Assembly (NCBI GenBank): GCA_964016885.1
Contig: CAXHJY010001168.1
Span: 1-64,000 of the forward strand
Direction of reading: 5' to 3'
DNA length: 64,000 nt
Source: Eledone cirrhosa
Taxonomy: Eukaryota
This document shows positions 49,251 through 63,157 of this stretch, piece by piece. Every line of letters starts with the position of its first letter. Positions within the stretch are counted from its first letter, which is position 1. A program made the position numbers and the translations under genes. The notes below the pieces were generated by a model, which was given only the letters and a program-made list of their open reading frames with translations, did no database searches and was not told the DNA's origin.

Positions 49251-52200
49251 ATATCGTTGTTGATATGCTGCCATATTAATTTTTGTTTCTTTAGCAGCAT
49301 AATTTAGCAGCATAGAGTTACGGCTTTCTTTACATTCTGAGTTCAAATCCTGGTGAGGTTAGCTTTGTCTTTCATCGCTACGAGGTCGATAAAATAAAGT
49401 ACCAGTAATGCACTAGGGTCGATTTGACTTTCCCTTTCCCACAAAGTCGTTGGCCCTGTGCCTAAATCAGAAACCATATTGTAGTCATGGGTATTATTGT
49501 TGTGATCAAAGGTATTATCATTGTGTAGGGGATGGTGGCGCCATTAGAGTACTGGACAAAACTATCTTCCAGCATTTAGTTACATACTTTTACGTTCAGG
49601 GTTCAACTCATGCCACCACGGGTGATTTTGTGCTCTTCCTTCTGGGTAGATAGAATAATTACCAGAAAAATAATGGAGATAATTTAATAGACTTTCCTAA
49701 GAAACGAGGGAGGGGTAGACAAAATTATTTCGAGTACTTAGTAACATCTCATTACATTCTTAATTCAACTGAGTTCAAAGACCTCTTTATCCAACTGCAT
49801 CAGCTTTATGCTCCCTTTCGATGTCAGCCTAAAATGTGGACCAGTAATGCGCGAAGCATTATTAATTCAATCTGCTACCAGCATTCCTTGTAAATTGTTA
49901 GTGTTGTTGTCACGTAAAAAACGTGTACTGATTTTTATGGATAATCTTAAAGAAAGAAATACACTGATAGGAAACACAAATCAGTGACCTGCTTTTGATT
50001 CTTTTGAATTATGACGCTAAAAGACTAGTGAAAATGATTATCACATACATAGAATTACACATATCGTTTTTAACCTCCTTCCTTCAACAAATCTGAAACT
50101 TTGGCTCTCTTTGAGAAGGTGGATGTATAAATTGTTTATTTTGCTTTCATCTCTCAAGGGGGTTGAATAAATAGAAGCCATATTCTGGGGTCAAGTCAGT
50201 CGACGTACGATCAACATATCTGCGCTCTTTTGCTAATGTTGAAATCATTAAGTACGCGTACTGTAGAACGGTGGTAAGATCTCAGAAAATTGGGTTGCAA
50301 TACGGTTTCAAGTGATGGGTAAACCATTACATTTTTATAAAGATCATTTTTCATAATTTTCTCTGATTAAAATGAATGGCTCGCTTTATTTTCACTTGCT
50401 ACATTTACTTTGTTCACATTCATTGAGAGATAGTAGAAACTAAATGAGATTTGCTTCACTTTTATTCAGCCTAAAATAGATAAGCTAACACGAGTCAAAT
50501 ATCTAAAAGGGTAAATCCCTACTGCCCCTCAAAATATATTGACTTCTAGCTTTTGGTAATAGTGAAGTCAATGAAATTATTACCAGTACTTAACTAGTAT
50601 TTTATCTTATCGACCGCGGACGAACAAAAACGAAAGTTGACCTCAGAGTAAACTAAGAACGTAATTAAATACCAAAAGGCATACTGTCAGATTTTTAAAG
50701 GATTCTTCCCTTCCATCGCCTCTCACCAAAATATTAACCTTGTGCTCATCCTTGGCATCGTTATTATGAATCATAAATATCGGTGGAATAGCAGAATCGG
50801 TAGAGCGGCGGATGAAATCTTTTATGATATTTGTTCCGGCTCAAATACTGCTCATATCAATATTGCCTTTCATTTTTCTGGCGTCGATGAAATACAGTAA
50901 CAGTTCAAGGCTTGAGTCAATTTAATCCAAATTTCTGGACTTGAGCCTGAATTAGAAAACTATATTATGGACCATAGACAATAAACAGCAATAGCCTCTA
51001 TTCAATTTCTCAACTTAGTAATCAATACTTTACATTATGTAATACTATTAACCTCTAAATGTATTATTTATTATAAAGGCAAACATTGAGTTCAGCTTTA
51101 TGATAATTCACGTACTCTATTACACCCTTTCTCCCGCTCGTATCATATGTTCTGAAATACATTTATGGGCATACACCGTCATCTTCATTATAAGCCATTA
51201 AACATAAAACATTTATATTATAACTTAGAAGAAATACCAAGAACATTGTTTAAAATAGTCTTTCCTTTCACTATTATCATTTCAATGAATAACGCAGGAG
51301 TTATAAGTGAAATCTGCAGATGCACGGCACGCTAGTTCGATCACGGAAGTATACATCGATCATCTTTAAAAAACAGTCCATTCTATAATGCTCCGGTCTT
51401 CCTGACTCTGAATAAGAACATTCATAACGTATTGTACCTCCCACAGAGCAATTTGAATTTGTATATTTGAATACGAACGATAAGATGGTTGATACTAAAG
51501 CCTTGTAATCATAGTTGTGCGTGTGCATGATGGACATCATATATCACACACGCAAACATATATCCACTACACCACACCCATACACACATAGCTATGCATA
51601 TATATGTCGATGTGTGTGTATATTTATTTGACGGCAAGTTAAAGTTACTGAAGAGACTAGTTTTATACTGTATGTATGTAGGAGCCATTATATACAGATA
51701 TACACACATATGATATGAAAGAGAGAGTTAAACGCGCGCACACACAAGGTCAACTTATGAACGAGTGTGCTGCGCCCTTCACATTTCAATATTTTATTGA
51801 TGTTATTTTTTCAGCCGTTATTTCGCACTGTCTGTACTCTTCCCTTCTTCTGCAATAGAACCTGATTTTCTAGAATTTTCAGGTTGATGTCAGGATCTTG
51901 CTGTTTTTAATATCTTTAGAGCAGATATCTTCTATAGACTAGTAAGACTAGTCATATATCCCAAATGTCGGTATCATCATTAGTATTGTAAATTCATAGT
52001 TGGCTATTCCCTTGTACCTCTGCCAGGCAGGCAGTCAAATTGGCAGTCGATAGAACGTTGGATATTTGTTCTGAGTATCTGCGTGACGAGTTCAAATCCT
52101 GCCGGGATTCACTTAGACTTTCATCTTTTTTGGATCGATAATGTATCAGCTTAGTGCTCGTACAGCTCTCTCTCTCATTCCTGCTGGATCTAGGGAGGTA

Positions 52201-52445
52201 GCACCAAGAAGATGAGGGCTGTGTGTCTGCTTGCGATTGCGTTGGAAATTAAAACCCTAGCGAAAGCATGGTGCATGCTTCCAAGTCATACCCTTTTCCA
52301 GTGAAGGCTGTATCCACGACTGCCGTATTTCATCATCTATCTTTGTTCACGTCAACTTCTTATGTTTATATTTAGATACGTGTGTGTGTGTGCATTTACA
52401 TAGATAAATATGTGTGCACATACGTATATATGTGTGCACGTGCGT

Positions 52446-52555
52446 TGCTGAGTGGTTAAAGAATTGGATTCACAATCGCGAAGTTGTGAGTTCGATTCCC
52501 GGACCGGGTGATGCGTTATGTCCTTGAACAAGACACTTTATTTCACGTTGCTCCG
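52446..52555 (+). mobile_element. tRNA-derived SINE head of a second family
   Basis: gctgagtggttaaag (A-box), gagttcgattccc (B-box), gtccttgaacaagacactttatttcacgttgctcc; a reverse copy lies at ~63004-63157. Confidence 0.75.
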
Positions 52556-52953
52556 ACTACCTAGATTTACAACCGATAAATAGTATTAGCAATTGGAAAG
52601 ACCAATCGAAACATTGTTTCCTCGGTCTGATTTGACGAGATCCACCCTACTCATTAAGCGAATGAGATTTGGGAACTTTTCGATCGACTGTCGATAAGTG
52701 TGTGCGTGTAACGGATGCGCAGACTAAGCACACAACACAACACACAAAAAGAAGATGGTGTAGGACAGAACAAAGGAGAGACACACAAAATAAAAACCTA
52801 GTCACTGAGCAGGTCACAGAATATGTGACGAAAGAGCTTTGATAATATATAAACAACCTTCCGGTTATCGAACCAACCAACCGGAAACTTATAAATTGAA
52901 GTGAAAACCACAGGTGCGTGTGTTTTTATTGACAGCATGGCCCTCTCAAAGTA

Positions 52954-52993
<40 letters not shown>

Positions 52994-54689
52994 GATGTGT
53001 GTGCGTGTGTTCGTCAGAATCTCGGAATAATGCTTGCTTGGAACAAATTTAATAAGACAATTATTTATGAATCAGTTTTACTGCGTTCTCCAATCAAATA
53101 TGAACAATTTTTGTTTCTTAATTTTAGCCCTGCATCAGTTGAAAATGTTATTAGCTCCAAATATTTCTTAACAATTGAACCCTTTTTAGTATAGATCTTA
53201 ATGTATGTATGGACCCGGAACTCCCGATTGGGTTGTAGGGGCGCCCATCACGACATACAGTGTATCTTGGGTACTACGTAAACCTGACGGTGCCCAATTC
53301 CCTCTCCACAGCTGATTTCTCCCATACAAGGAGAAAGAGTGATAGAAAGAAAGTAAGAATAATGCTGGAAGAATTGAGCGCAGTACAGGATTTATATGTT
53401 TTTTATTGATCTCTAAAGAATGAAAGGTGAAATTGATCTCGGTATGAATTTGACATTCCATAGTTGTTTATTTCCAATGACATTAATGGTTCTCGAACTG
53501 CCTCCTTACTTACTGATATCCCGGTGGTGTTGGCTACATAAAGGGTAAACCCGTAGAATAGGTATTTCAACTCCTTCGTTATCGTCCTGGATACCGCTTC
53601 TTCAATTCTTTCCGCTGGGAGCACGAGGCGGATTGCGGGTGGAATGGATCCCAGTGCTGGACTGATATTTTTTTCTCAACTTCGGAAGAAAGAAATGCAT
53701 AATTGACCTCGATGGGAATTAAGCTCGGATAGCGCAGAGAGCTAGAACGAATATCGCAAAGCATTCTATCCAAAGTTCTAACAACTCTGCTAATTCGTAG
53801 CAGATCTTCTGTTATACTGCTTGGCAATTAGAAGCAAACTTTCAGTTAACGCTGGCTCGTTATAATAGATTTTTTGGATAACGAATTGTATCAGTGAATA
53901 TTTTGAGTTCGTGCTTAAAATTTATTAATTCAGCCTCAAACGTTTGACGTGTATAATCTCCGTACATATTCGTCAATTTTCTATGATGTTGTTGATATGC
54001 TGTGAACTTATCATTCACCTTACTGCATATGGTGATAGTTAAATAAGGCGCAGGTTCTTAATGTTTACTTTTAATTTTGTTATCCACCAGGGTGGTTTGC
54101 ATCGAATTATTTCGTTATCACGTACACTGCTGGAATCTTCAAGGTTTCTTGTCATAGTAATAGGCGCCGTATACAAGCAAGGATTAATTATCCAATAACT
54201 GTCACCACTTGATCTTATATGTTTTAAAGCAATAACATAAATAAGGTTTCACGTGAAAATGGTTCGCTTTATCCCCAGTGATGCATCTACTATTATAGAG
54301 TAGATATTTGCCCTATAAAGAATTAGAGAAATAAATAAATATATATAAATTAAAATCAAAAGTAAAAAATTATTTTCTAACTTTAGTTTTAAAATATTTA
54401 AAAGTTATTCCGCAGTATTTTCTGTCAGATTAGTTACATCAAAAGTTATGGAGCATTAAGTTGGAGTGATAACAGTTTGTTTGCATTTTAAACATATTTT
54501 CTATGGCAGATTTTGACAGGTTTTGAATGTTTTCAGAAAATCGACTAGCATCACAGGAATTGGAATAACAATTTCTATCTGCAACAGACATTTTTCATGC
54601 GAAGAAAAATGTCTACCTATTGTGAAAGCTGATTTACCGTGAAAAAGAATACGTTTGGGTGAATTTAGTCTCAGTATTTGATTATAGTT

Positions 54690-54873
54690 GGCGGTGGATT
54701 GGCAGTATAGGTAGAGGGTCGGACGCCATGCTTTCAAGCATAGTTACGTCCCTTTTCGATCTGAGTTCAAATCCCGCCGAGGTTGAGTTTGCCTTTCATC
54801 CTTACGGGGTCGATAAAATAAAGTACCAGTAATGCACTGGGTAATTGCTGGCCTTGTGCCTAAAGTAGAAACA
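54690..54873 (+). mobile_element. Full-length SINE with 18-bp TSD
   Basis: Closely similar to 47911-48096; agtatttgattatagttg at 54673-54690 and 54874-54891. Confidence 0.85.
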
Positions 54874-57271
54874 AGTATTTGATTATAGTTGTTTCGAAGT
54901 AGTTAGACCGTCGAATTAAATACTATAGCATTTGAACCACCCTTCTGCGCTCTGAGTTCAAATATCATCGAGGTCAACTTTTCCATTTATTCTTTTGAGG
55001 CCAATAAATACAGAACTAGTCTAGGAACATTAGATTGGTAGATTGTGCAGTATGTGATCTAGTTCTGTGTTCTGAGTGGGGAATAGCGACTGGAAGATAT
55101 TATCACCAATGTAATTACCAATAGAAATATAGTTTCCTTGTTCGACCCAACGATGGCCTACTTTCCTTTTTCATATAGCCGATAGAAGGATCGCTGTAGG
55201 TTGTTTTCATAACACCGATGTAGATGTTAAACAAAATGGGAAGAACAAGTGAAGTTAGAAAATTGCTTACCTTATCCAGAGAAGGAGTGAGAGATATAGA
55301 GGAGACCCCGAAAAGATGAAAGCAAAGTTGACCTTGGTGGGATTTGAACTGAGAGATCCAGAATGTATACCACGAAGTTTTAACGACTCTGAACACTTCT
55401 TCCTCATCTTTTATTTCGTTGTGGGTAGGTTTATGTTTATTTCTTTAATATACAGTTCCGTTGAGAAAATATTAAACAAATTACTTAGGAGTGTTTATGG
55501 GTGATGTATACACACCAGGAATGATAAAAGTGGTGGCTCCATTGGGGTTGGGATGGATGGAGATAGTATGCAGCTGGTTGTTGTTGATGCTTAGTCCCTG
55601 ATCGAGCTAATCTATGATCAAATGCATGAGCGTTATTTAACTTTATTGCAAAATATACTTTACACCATCTTGGCATTCACCTTTTTATAACGCTCCTAAT
55701 AACGTTATTAGGCGGTAAATTGTCAGTGAATTGGAGGAATTAACCGTGCGTCGGATTAAAATGCATCAATCACCGTATTTGTACTAGTTCTCTCTGCTCT
55801 GCGTTCAAATCTCGCCGAAGACAAATTCAACTTTCATCCGTTCAGGGTCGATAAACAAAGCACGAGTCCAGGGCGGTGGGATTATTAGAGCGTGGGACGT
55901 AATGCTCTGCGGTGTCTCTGTTCGTCTGCGAATTCATTGGTGCAAAACTGTATGAGCATTTGTTTCTCCCTTGGAAAACATCTGTAACATGGAGAGGGAT
56001 ATTTTACACGCATAACCGACTGTTGGTCTTCCCCCAAAATATCTTTCTGTGTACAAACACATGGTTAGTCATGATCCATATATGTTTTTTTGTTTTTGTA
56101 GATGTAATTGTTTCAAACTTTGAGGTATGAAACATCTAAGGAATATGATCAATACTGGACATCGATAAGTAGAATGGGAAATAGAATTGCTAGTTGGAAA
56201 CATGAGGTTGAAACCAGTTTGATCTGAAAAGATCAGTCAATAGATCGTTGTTGTAACAGCTGTTAGAAAGCAACACGCTGTATACAATGATTTCTAATTT
56301 AGGCACAATTTCAATAAATTTGGAAAAAGGGAAAGTCAATAGCGTCGACCCCAGTATTTGATTGGTACTTTATTTTATCAACCCCATGGAAGTATGAAAG
56401 CAAGGTTGTTCTTAGAGGGATTTGATTTCAATACGTAAAGAGCTGCTAGAAATTTCGTAAAGCATTTATCCGCAAAGCACCTAACGTGTCTGCCAATCCA
56501 ACGCCCTCAACCCACTGTATATAATAAATGTTGCGAATCTGTGAAATAAATTACTGTTCACTCTACGGGAGTTCCTGTTTTTTTTTTTAGCAGGAGATAT
56601 TTTATCATAAATTACTACTTTGCCTAAAACCCATTGCTTGTTCCGGGTCAGCTAACCCCTCAACCTTCGATTGGAGACATAAAGCGTCGTGTTACATGAA
56701 ACCTTTAATGTGAATGACTTCTACTTTGAAGTGTAATGATATGTTTCTAACCAGCTGTGCTAACAATATAACCGCCCCAATGTTTGTCTTAGTGGCTTGA
56801 ATGGAAATTCATTTACGTTCCCTCCAAAAACATTTTATGTTATTCATTGAAATAACATAACATCTCGAACCATATTTTGTAACTTGATTTAATACCACAC
56901 ATGAAATATTTGATCGTAAGTGCAATTTTATTATTATTATTATTATTATTGTTTTTGTTGTTTTTGAAAATTTCACGTCTTTTATCTGCTCTGTAAGTTT
57001 CTTTTCAACATAATTTTAAAACGGTTTTCTTTCTGTTGGAAAATGTTGCATTGTTATATAGCTAGGCCAACTGCGTTCCGAGAAGGCCGGTTTTCCTTCA
57101 TCTTCAGTCCTACATGTAGTAAGGATAGTGGATTGGCAGAGTCGTTAGAGCGTCGGACATGGGCTTAGCAGAATTTATTCTCGGTGTTAACTTTCTGAGT
57201 TCAAATCCCACCGTTGTCAACTTCGCCTTCCACCCTTCTGGTATTGATAATAAATAGTACCATTTAAATAT

Positions 57272-57686
57272 CAGATGATGATGTGATCAATTGTTTTCTG
57301 GGTGTAACCGTCCGGACTATACCAAGTCCAGTGATGGATAAATTTGCGGAGGAATTATTTGTCAGCGATACAGAGATTGTTGTAGTGGCACAGGAGCAGA
57401 AAGCGATTACAGTTGTCATTGGTGGATGGGCTGAGTCTGCAATGGGTCAGTTGGGGGGAACTTGACAGAAGAAGAAATGGTAGCATTGAAGGTCATCAAG
57501 ATGATCGTGATTTCATGGGGTGGGATTTGTCCTAAAATCTGTTTGGAGCTGGTCATAGTAGTAGTCCTTGACAGTATTCTCTGGGATATCTGTAGAGGCA
57601 TAGGCAACGATGATAGTCATCTTCCCGTGCCTGTGGTCAAAACGGGTGGACAGCAAATGGTCGCTCACCAGATTCCAGCTGATGAG
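57272..57686 (-). pseudogene. RTE-type APE endonuclease fragment
   Basis: Minus strand gives VSDHLLSTRF...MTIIVAYAST...KDYYYDQLQ...IILMTFNA...NDNCNRFL...HHWTWYSPDG...IDHIII. Confidence 0.8.
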
Positions 57687-58668
57687 TAACTTGCGGATGT
57701 GCTTGGGCGATGGCTAAGCAGAATGTTTAGGTTGTAGAAGTTTTTTTTTTGGGGGGGGGGGGTATTTCTTCCTGCTCTACGTTTTGTACTCATATCCTGG
57801 TTAACTTTACATTTCATCCTTCCTGGGTTATTAAAATAAAGTATCAGTTTAATATTGCGATCAATCCAACCGACTTTCCCTTCCTCGCAGATTGCCGGCC
57901 TCGTACCCACGTTAAAAGTTTATTTTAATACTATTATGGGAAGTGTTATAGCTGTTTCCAGCCGAATTTCCTGCTTCTAAAATTTGCTAGCTGGCATCCA
58001 AAAGTATCAACACCTTATGGATAAGTCTACAGTTCTGCGTTATTGTACAATCAGGGGTCTGGTTGTACCACTCCTTTTCAGCATAGGATTACGGCTCTTT
58101 ATCATCCGAGTTCAAATCCCACCGAGGTTAACTTTGCCTTTCATCCTTACGGGGTCGATAAAATAAAGAACCAGTCACGCACTGGGGTCAATTTAATCGA
58201 CTTTCCCCTCTCATTAAATTGATGGCCTTGTGTCTATATAAGAAACCATTATAATATAGATTATTATCCCTTTTATTGTTTGCCTTGTGCCTAAATCAGA
58301 AACCATTATTATTAGTGGTGGATCGATAAAATAAAGCACGAGTAATGCACTAGCGTCGATTTAATCGACTTTCCGCTCACCCCAAATTGCTGGCCTTGTG
58401 TCTAAAGGAGAAATCATTATTGATGGTGGTGTTTGTTTGTTTTTTGTTGGCCTCTAGCTCACTATATCCCTCTCTTCCAAAATAATTCATAATTTTGCAA
58501 AAAAAAAAGAAAAAAAGAAACTTTCATTTCATACTTTTTAAAACCAAGAGATTGCGGAGCTTTTCGAAAAGAAACAAGTCTCTCTACTCCGATAAACCCA
58601 CTACTATCATCATCATCACGATGACCACCGTAAAAGAGAAAAATAATAAGAGAAATTAGCATTACAGT

Positions 58669-58703
<35 letters not shown>

Positions 58704-61700
58704 TGTCTGTCTCTGTGGTTCTGTGTGTGTGAGAGAGGGGGCGATATATGACTAACATGACTCATTGCATTACAAAATCTTTCTTAGTATAAAATTGATT
58801 TTTATGTTATTTCTTGAGGCGATGAGTTGGCCGAGAAGCTAGAGCATCGTAGTAAAATTGCTTCGTATTTGTTCCGACTCGCTGCGATCAACTTTGCTTT
58901 ACATTCTTTCGAGATTGATAAAAAAAAAAAAAAATGAATTGCCATTGTAGGACTGGCATCAATTCCTCCACTGTTACTATTTAAAGAGGGATAGATTCCG
59001 CCAGGTTTAAAATGCCCAGAAAACAACGTGTATCCGGACGGTAAACCTATGACTCTATCAGGAGTTTACGGCGGTGGAGTGACCGAAGCGTTAGAGAGTC
59101 GACCAAATGTTTTGCGGTGTTTATTCGGGTTATTTACGTTCCGAGTTCAAATTCTGTCGGGATCAACTTTACTTTTCACCCTTCCTTGATAAAATATAGA
59201 ACCAATCAAGTATTGGTGTCGATTTGAACCGATTTTTCCCTTTATACAAATTGGTAGCCTTGTGCTTAAATTAGAAACCATTAATCTATTTGTTATTGTT
59301 TCTTCAAAGTAAAACATAAACACACAAAATAGCAGCGTGGTCGTGTTAAACCGAGTATGTGTGTGTGAGTGGTGGGGCTGTTCGGTTTACAATCGAAGTG
59401 GTACTACTGAGAGATAAACAGATCTGTTCAGACTCAAATCACAAAATGGCAACATAAAATGTGCGCTGAGCCTATTCCTAGACCAGTAACAGCAGGAATT
59501 GAAATTAATTGATCAACATGGATTATACCATAATCTTATACACGAGAATAAACGGAATTCATGTGAGAAAATTCACATTAAATTCATCGTTCAGTAAGTT
59601 AACGATTAGATACTGATAAATCTGTGCTGAGAGATATCTTTGAGGAGAAGTAGAATGTATACATTAAGAATTAGTACAAGTAAATATTCAGTACAAGTGC
59701 CAAGAGACTTTTTAAAGAGAGGGGGGAATGTATTTTTGAGATTATATTTTATTGCGAGTATAAGTGATAGTAAGAGCGTTAGGATTCTAGTGACTAAAGT
59801 AATTATATTAAACAGTTGAAGTATTTACATTAATTTTATTTTAAATAAATACATATGACAGGAGTTATGGCCGGCAGTATCAGCAATGGAACAAACAAGG
59901 ACTAGGTGGAATAGAATTTCTTCCATCATCAGTTATTTTTTTCGGTACCAGCAGTTTTATTGAATAGATGTGGACTAAAAAAAAATTATTTTATGAAATT
60001 TAATTTAAATAAATGTGGTTTTAATAAATATCTATATCGCCTTGAGTTATGAAGAGAGAAAAAAGAAAAGTAGGAAGAAGGAAAGAATTACTCGATTCTC
60101 TGACCTGCTAAACAATAAAAATCGCCTGAAAAACGCAAGGCGTGTCCTAATTAACCAATTGCCAAAGAAAATTTCATACAAACAAAATATTAATGTTTAA
60201 ATTAAAACAGCGTGTAGGAAATACATAATTTGACAAGTAAAAAAAAAACAAAAAAGAGCGTCAGACTATCAAATATCTGTATTATGCCCGAAACCTTACT
60301 GAAGGGCAGGAACAAATGATGTATGGTAGTAAAGATTCGTTGAACAGTTCATAGAAGGAATTGATTACTTTTCCTATAATGTTTTATTTGAAAACATCTC
60401 CCCATTAATCCTGTCGAAAAATATTATTGGATTTTATAAATATATATATATATATATATACTAACACAAAGTGAACAAAATGTCAAAATTATATAAAGAT
60501 TCTTCTGCAACATTTCAGTCGAAACTAATTAAAACGCGATACTGTATTTGGACCGAAATAATCACATCGTGGTAATCATATTAGCAACTAAATACACGTC
60601 TTCTTTTATAGATTCTATTATTTTAGTATTATATTATATTATTACAAATCAATTTTTCAGCTTCCAACAACGTCCGTCATAATTATATTCTATCTCATCT
60701 GTAATAACTTTCTGGAGCAATGCAATATATCCCTACGTACATACATACGTACGCATCTACGTATTTATGCATTTGTATGTGTTTATATATATAATGTGTC
60801 TGTATGTATAGCTATGTGCACAAATGTGTTTCAGTATTTGATGAATTCCTATAACGCAGTTGGCTGCTTTTATAAAAGCCTTGTTCTCAACCCTTTTTGA
60901 AGTATTCTATTGTCACTGTCTTTATTCACCGCACCAATGTATGCAGTATTCTAAGCAATCCTGAGATATTGGAGATGGAAATAGACATGCAATTATCATA
61001 CATTTCTGCGTGGTGAACAGTTTCCAATTGACTACCAAATATGAACATTTATCCTAACCAAACACCATTCCTATGTCATGTGAGAATGCTTTGACAAGCT
61101 GTGTCTTATGGTGTTATGCACATTACATATCTTTGGCTTGAGGCCATCGATAAAATGATGTGCATGATATTAATTTTATTTCTTCTGCAGCTATGGCATA
61201 TCCTCAAAATGTGTGACTTTTAAAGGCAAACTCACGTTGAAATATCCTCGTCGATAACAATCTAATTCTGTGTGTGATTATAGATAATTTGCAAATCCAT
61301 ACATATTAAAGCAACTTATCTATAGTTTATACATAACATGCTCTAGTCTTGTAAATTTGGGCAACACATATTTCTTAATCCTTAGTGTTTTTTTATAAAT
61401 GTTTGATTGTTCATAAAACATTATGAATTGTGTTTACTATTTAAACATGTAAACAAAAAATAAAATATGTTTTATCCTTTTAGAAAAGTAAGTTTTAAAA
61501 AGTAAAATATTATTGCTATCTTTCCTGAAATTACATCAGTAGAGTGGTTTATTATTCTTCACGACCAACTAATAACAAAATGTACGAGATTATTGCCCAT
61601 CAATAGCCCCATAGAGTACAGGCTTGGATCTTTAATTGGTTCGTAAGAAAACGGATTCACTTACATGATATTATGTTTAGTTTTAATAAATTGGTGTGTG

Positions 61701-62480
61701 GCCGTGCCGACTGTTAAGTTTTGGTTGTCACTGATCAATACAAGTGTTGTCTGTGCTGTTGTCAACCAGCCTTGTAAATCTAGTTCAGGGATGTATAGTT
61801 TTTTTAACAAGCTGACAAGAGCGACCCTGTAGAATAGGAGGTTTCAACACCAGTAACATGCTATCAGGCCACGTTCACATGACTTTCCATTTGTTAGTTT
61901 TGCAATAACTATCTGCAATGTTTCACTAATGATACCATATGTTTTAGGAGAAAGGGCTTCATAATATTCACTCCATAACTATACCACATCACAGTGGTGT
62001 AGTTTGTTTTACATTCCACTCCCTCATCATCGACCACGTGCCAGAATGGCTCCGAATGATTTTTGAGAAGCCTCGTGGTGTGGTACTTCATACTGTGCTA
62101 TACGGCTTGTATATGAATGTCATGTACTTCAAGCATACAACAACAAACTCTGTCACTGTCATTCAGTCATTCTCGCGGTGTTCCCCCCTCTCTTTCTCTC
62201 AATCTCTCTATCGGTCTCCCTTCTCTATCGGTCTCCTATACTCTAAGAAATATGTATTCATGTGTGTGCGTCTCTCTCTCTCTCTCTATAATAAGTAAGT
62301 CAAACATGTTAAATTTGGCTTCGTTTATTATACATTCTCTGCTGTATATATTTATTATTGGCTGTGACCTCATCAGGCAGTACGAATTATTGTAGAAAAA
62401 ACAGGTAAACTTGGTGCTGAAATGTGTTCCACTCTGTCATCGATATGCCCAGCTCTTGGGTTTGTTGTTAGTCCTCCGAG

Positions 62481-62563
62481 GAACTGATACATATATTAAA
62501 CATTTATACTCTATGTATTGAATACCTTAATTATTGTGGTTACTCCCGATTTAACCCGGGATA
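62481..62563 (+). mobile_element. Diverged copy of the 4391-type element, followed by (TA)n
   Basis: tatattaaacatttatactctatgtattgaataccttaattattgtggttactcccgatttaacccggga aligns with the reverse complement of 4395-4470. Confidence 0.75.
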
Positions 62564-62569
62564 CACACC

Positions 62570-62609
<40 letters not shown>

Positions 62610-62613
<4 letters not shown>

Positions 62614-62797
62614 TTTCTACTTTTGGCACAAGGCCAGCAATTATCCCAGTGCATTACTGGTACTTTATTTTATGGACCCCCGTAAGGATGAAAGGAAAAG
62701 TTAACCCTGGCGGGATTTGAACTCAGACCATAAAGGGCCGTAACTCTTTGCTGCAAAGCATGGCGTCCGACGCTCTACCGATACTGCCAATCCACCG
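62610..62797 (-). mobile_element. Full-length SINE of the 47911/54690 subfamily
   Basis: The reverse complement begins cggtggattggcagtatcggtagagcgtcggacgccatgc and contains the B-box and body. Confidence 0.85.
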
Positions 62798-62954
62798 ATA
62801 TATAATGAATCAAAACATCAAATATGTTTAGAATTTTGTGTTTCTCAATAGACTTTATCGTACATCAAATACATAATATATACAATATACCGTGTTTCTT
62901 GTACGGTATATGGCACTTTCTCGCTCTGTATAAACATATATCTTTTCATTTGGT

Positions 62955-62992
<38 letters not shown>

Positions 62993-63003
62993 AGTTGATT
63001 GGA

Positions 63004-63157
63004 CTGGAGCAACATGAAATAAAGTGTCTCCCTCAAGGACACAACGCGCCGCCGGAATCCGAACTCAATAACATTACGATCATGATGTATTGCTCCCTCA
63101 AGGACACAACGCGCCGCCGGAATCCGAACTCAATAACATTACGATCATGATGTATTG
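63004..63157 (-). mobile_element. Second-family SINE fragment with a ~65-bp tandem duplication
   Basis: ctccctcaaggacacaacgcgccgccggaatccgaactcaataacattacgatcatgatgtattgc occurs twice (~63028 and ~63093). Confidence 0.75.

Larger units (their letters stand above)
49310..59285. repeat. Cluster of about 15 diverged copies of the same SINE family on both strands
   Basis: gagttcaaat / ctttcatcc / gtcgataaa motifs near 49340, 49600, 50110, 50600(-), 50840, 52090, 53430(-), 53700(-), 54950, 55330(-), 55800, 56350(-), 57200, 57800, 58110, 58890 and 59140. Confidence 0.8.

Noticed and set aside
52446-52520. tRNA gene
   Set aside because: A/B boxes run into a SINE body with no complete cloverleaf; the same applies to the other B-box hits.
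53480-53640. Possible MULE transposase relic (LPAERIEEA...)
   Set aside because: Too short and diverged to support without a profile search.
61900-62100. Possible hAT transposase relic (YTTVMWYSYG resembling HTEVRWLSRG)
   Set aside because: One weak motif only, and no terminal inverted repeats seen.
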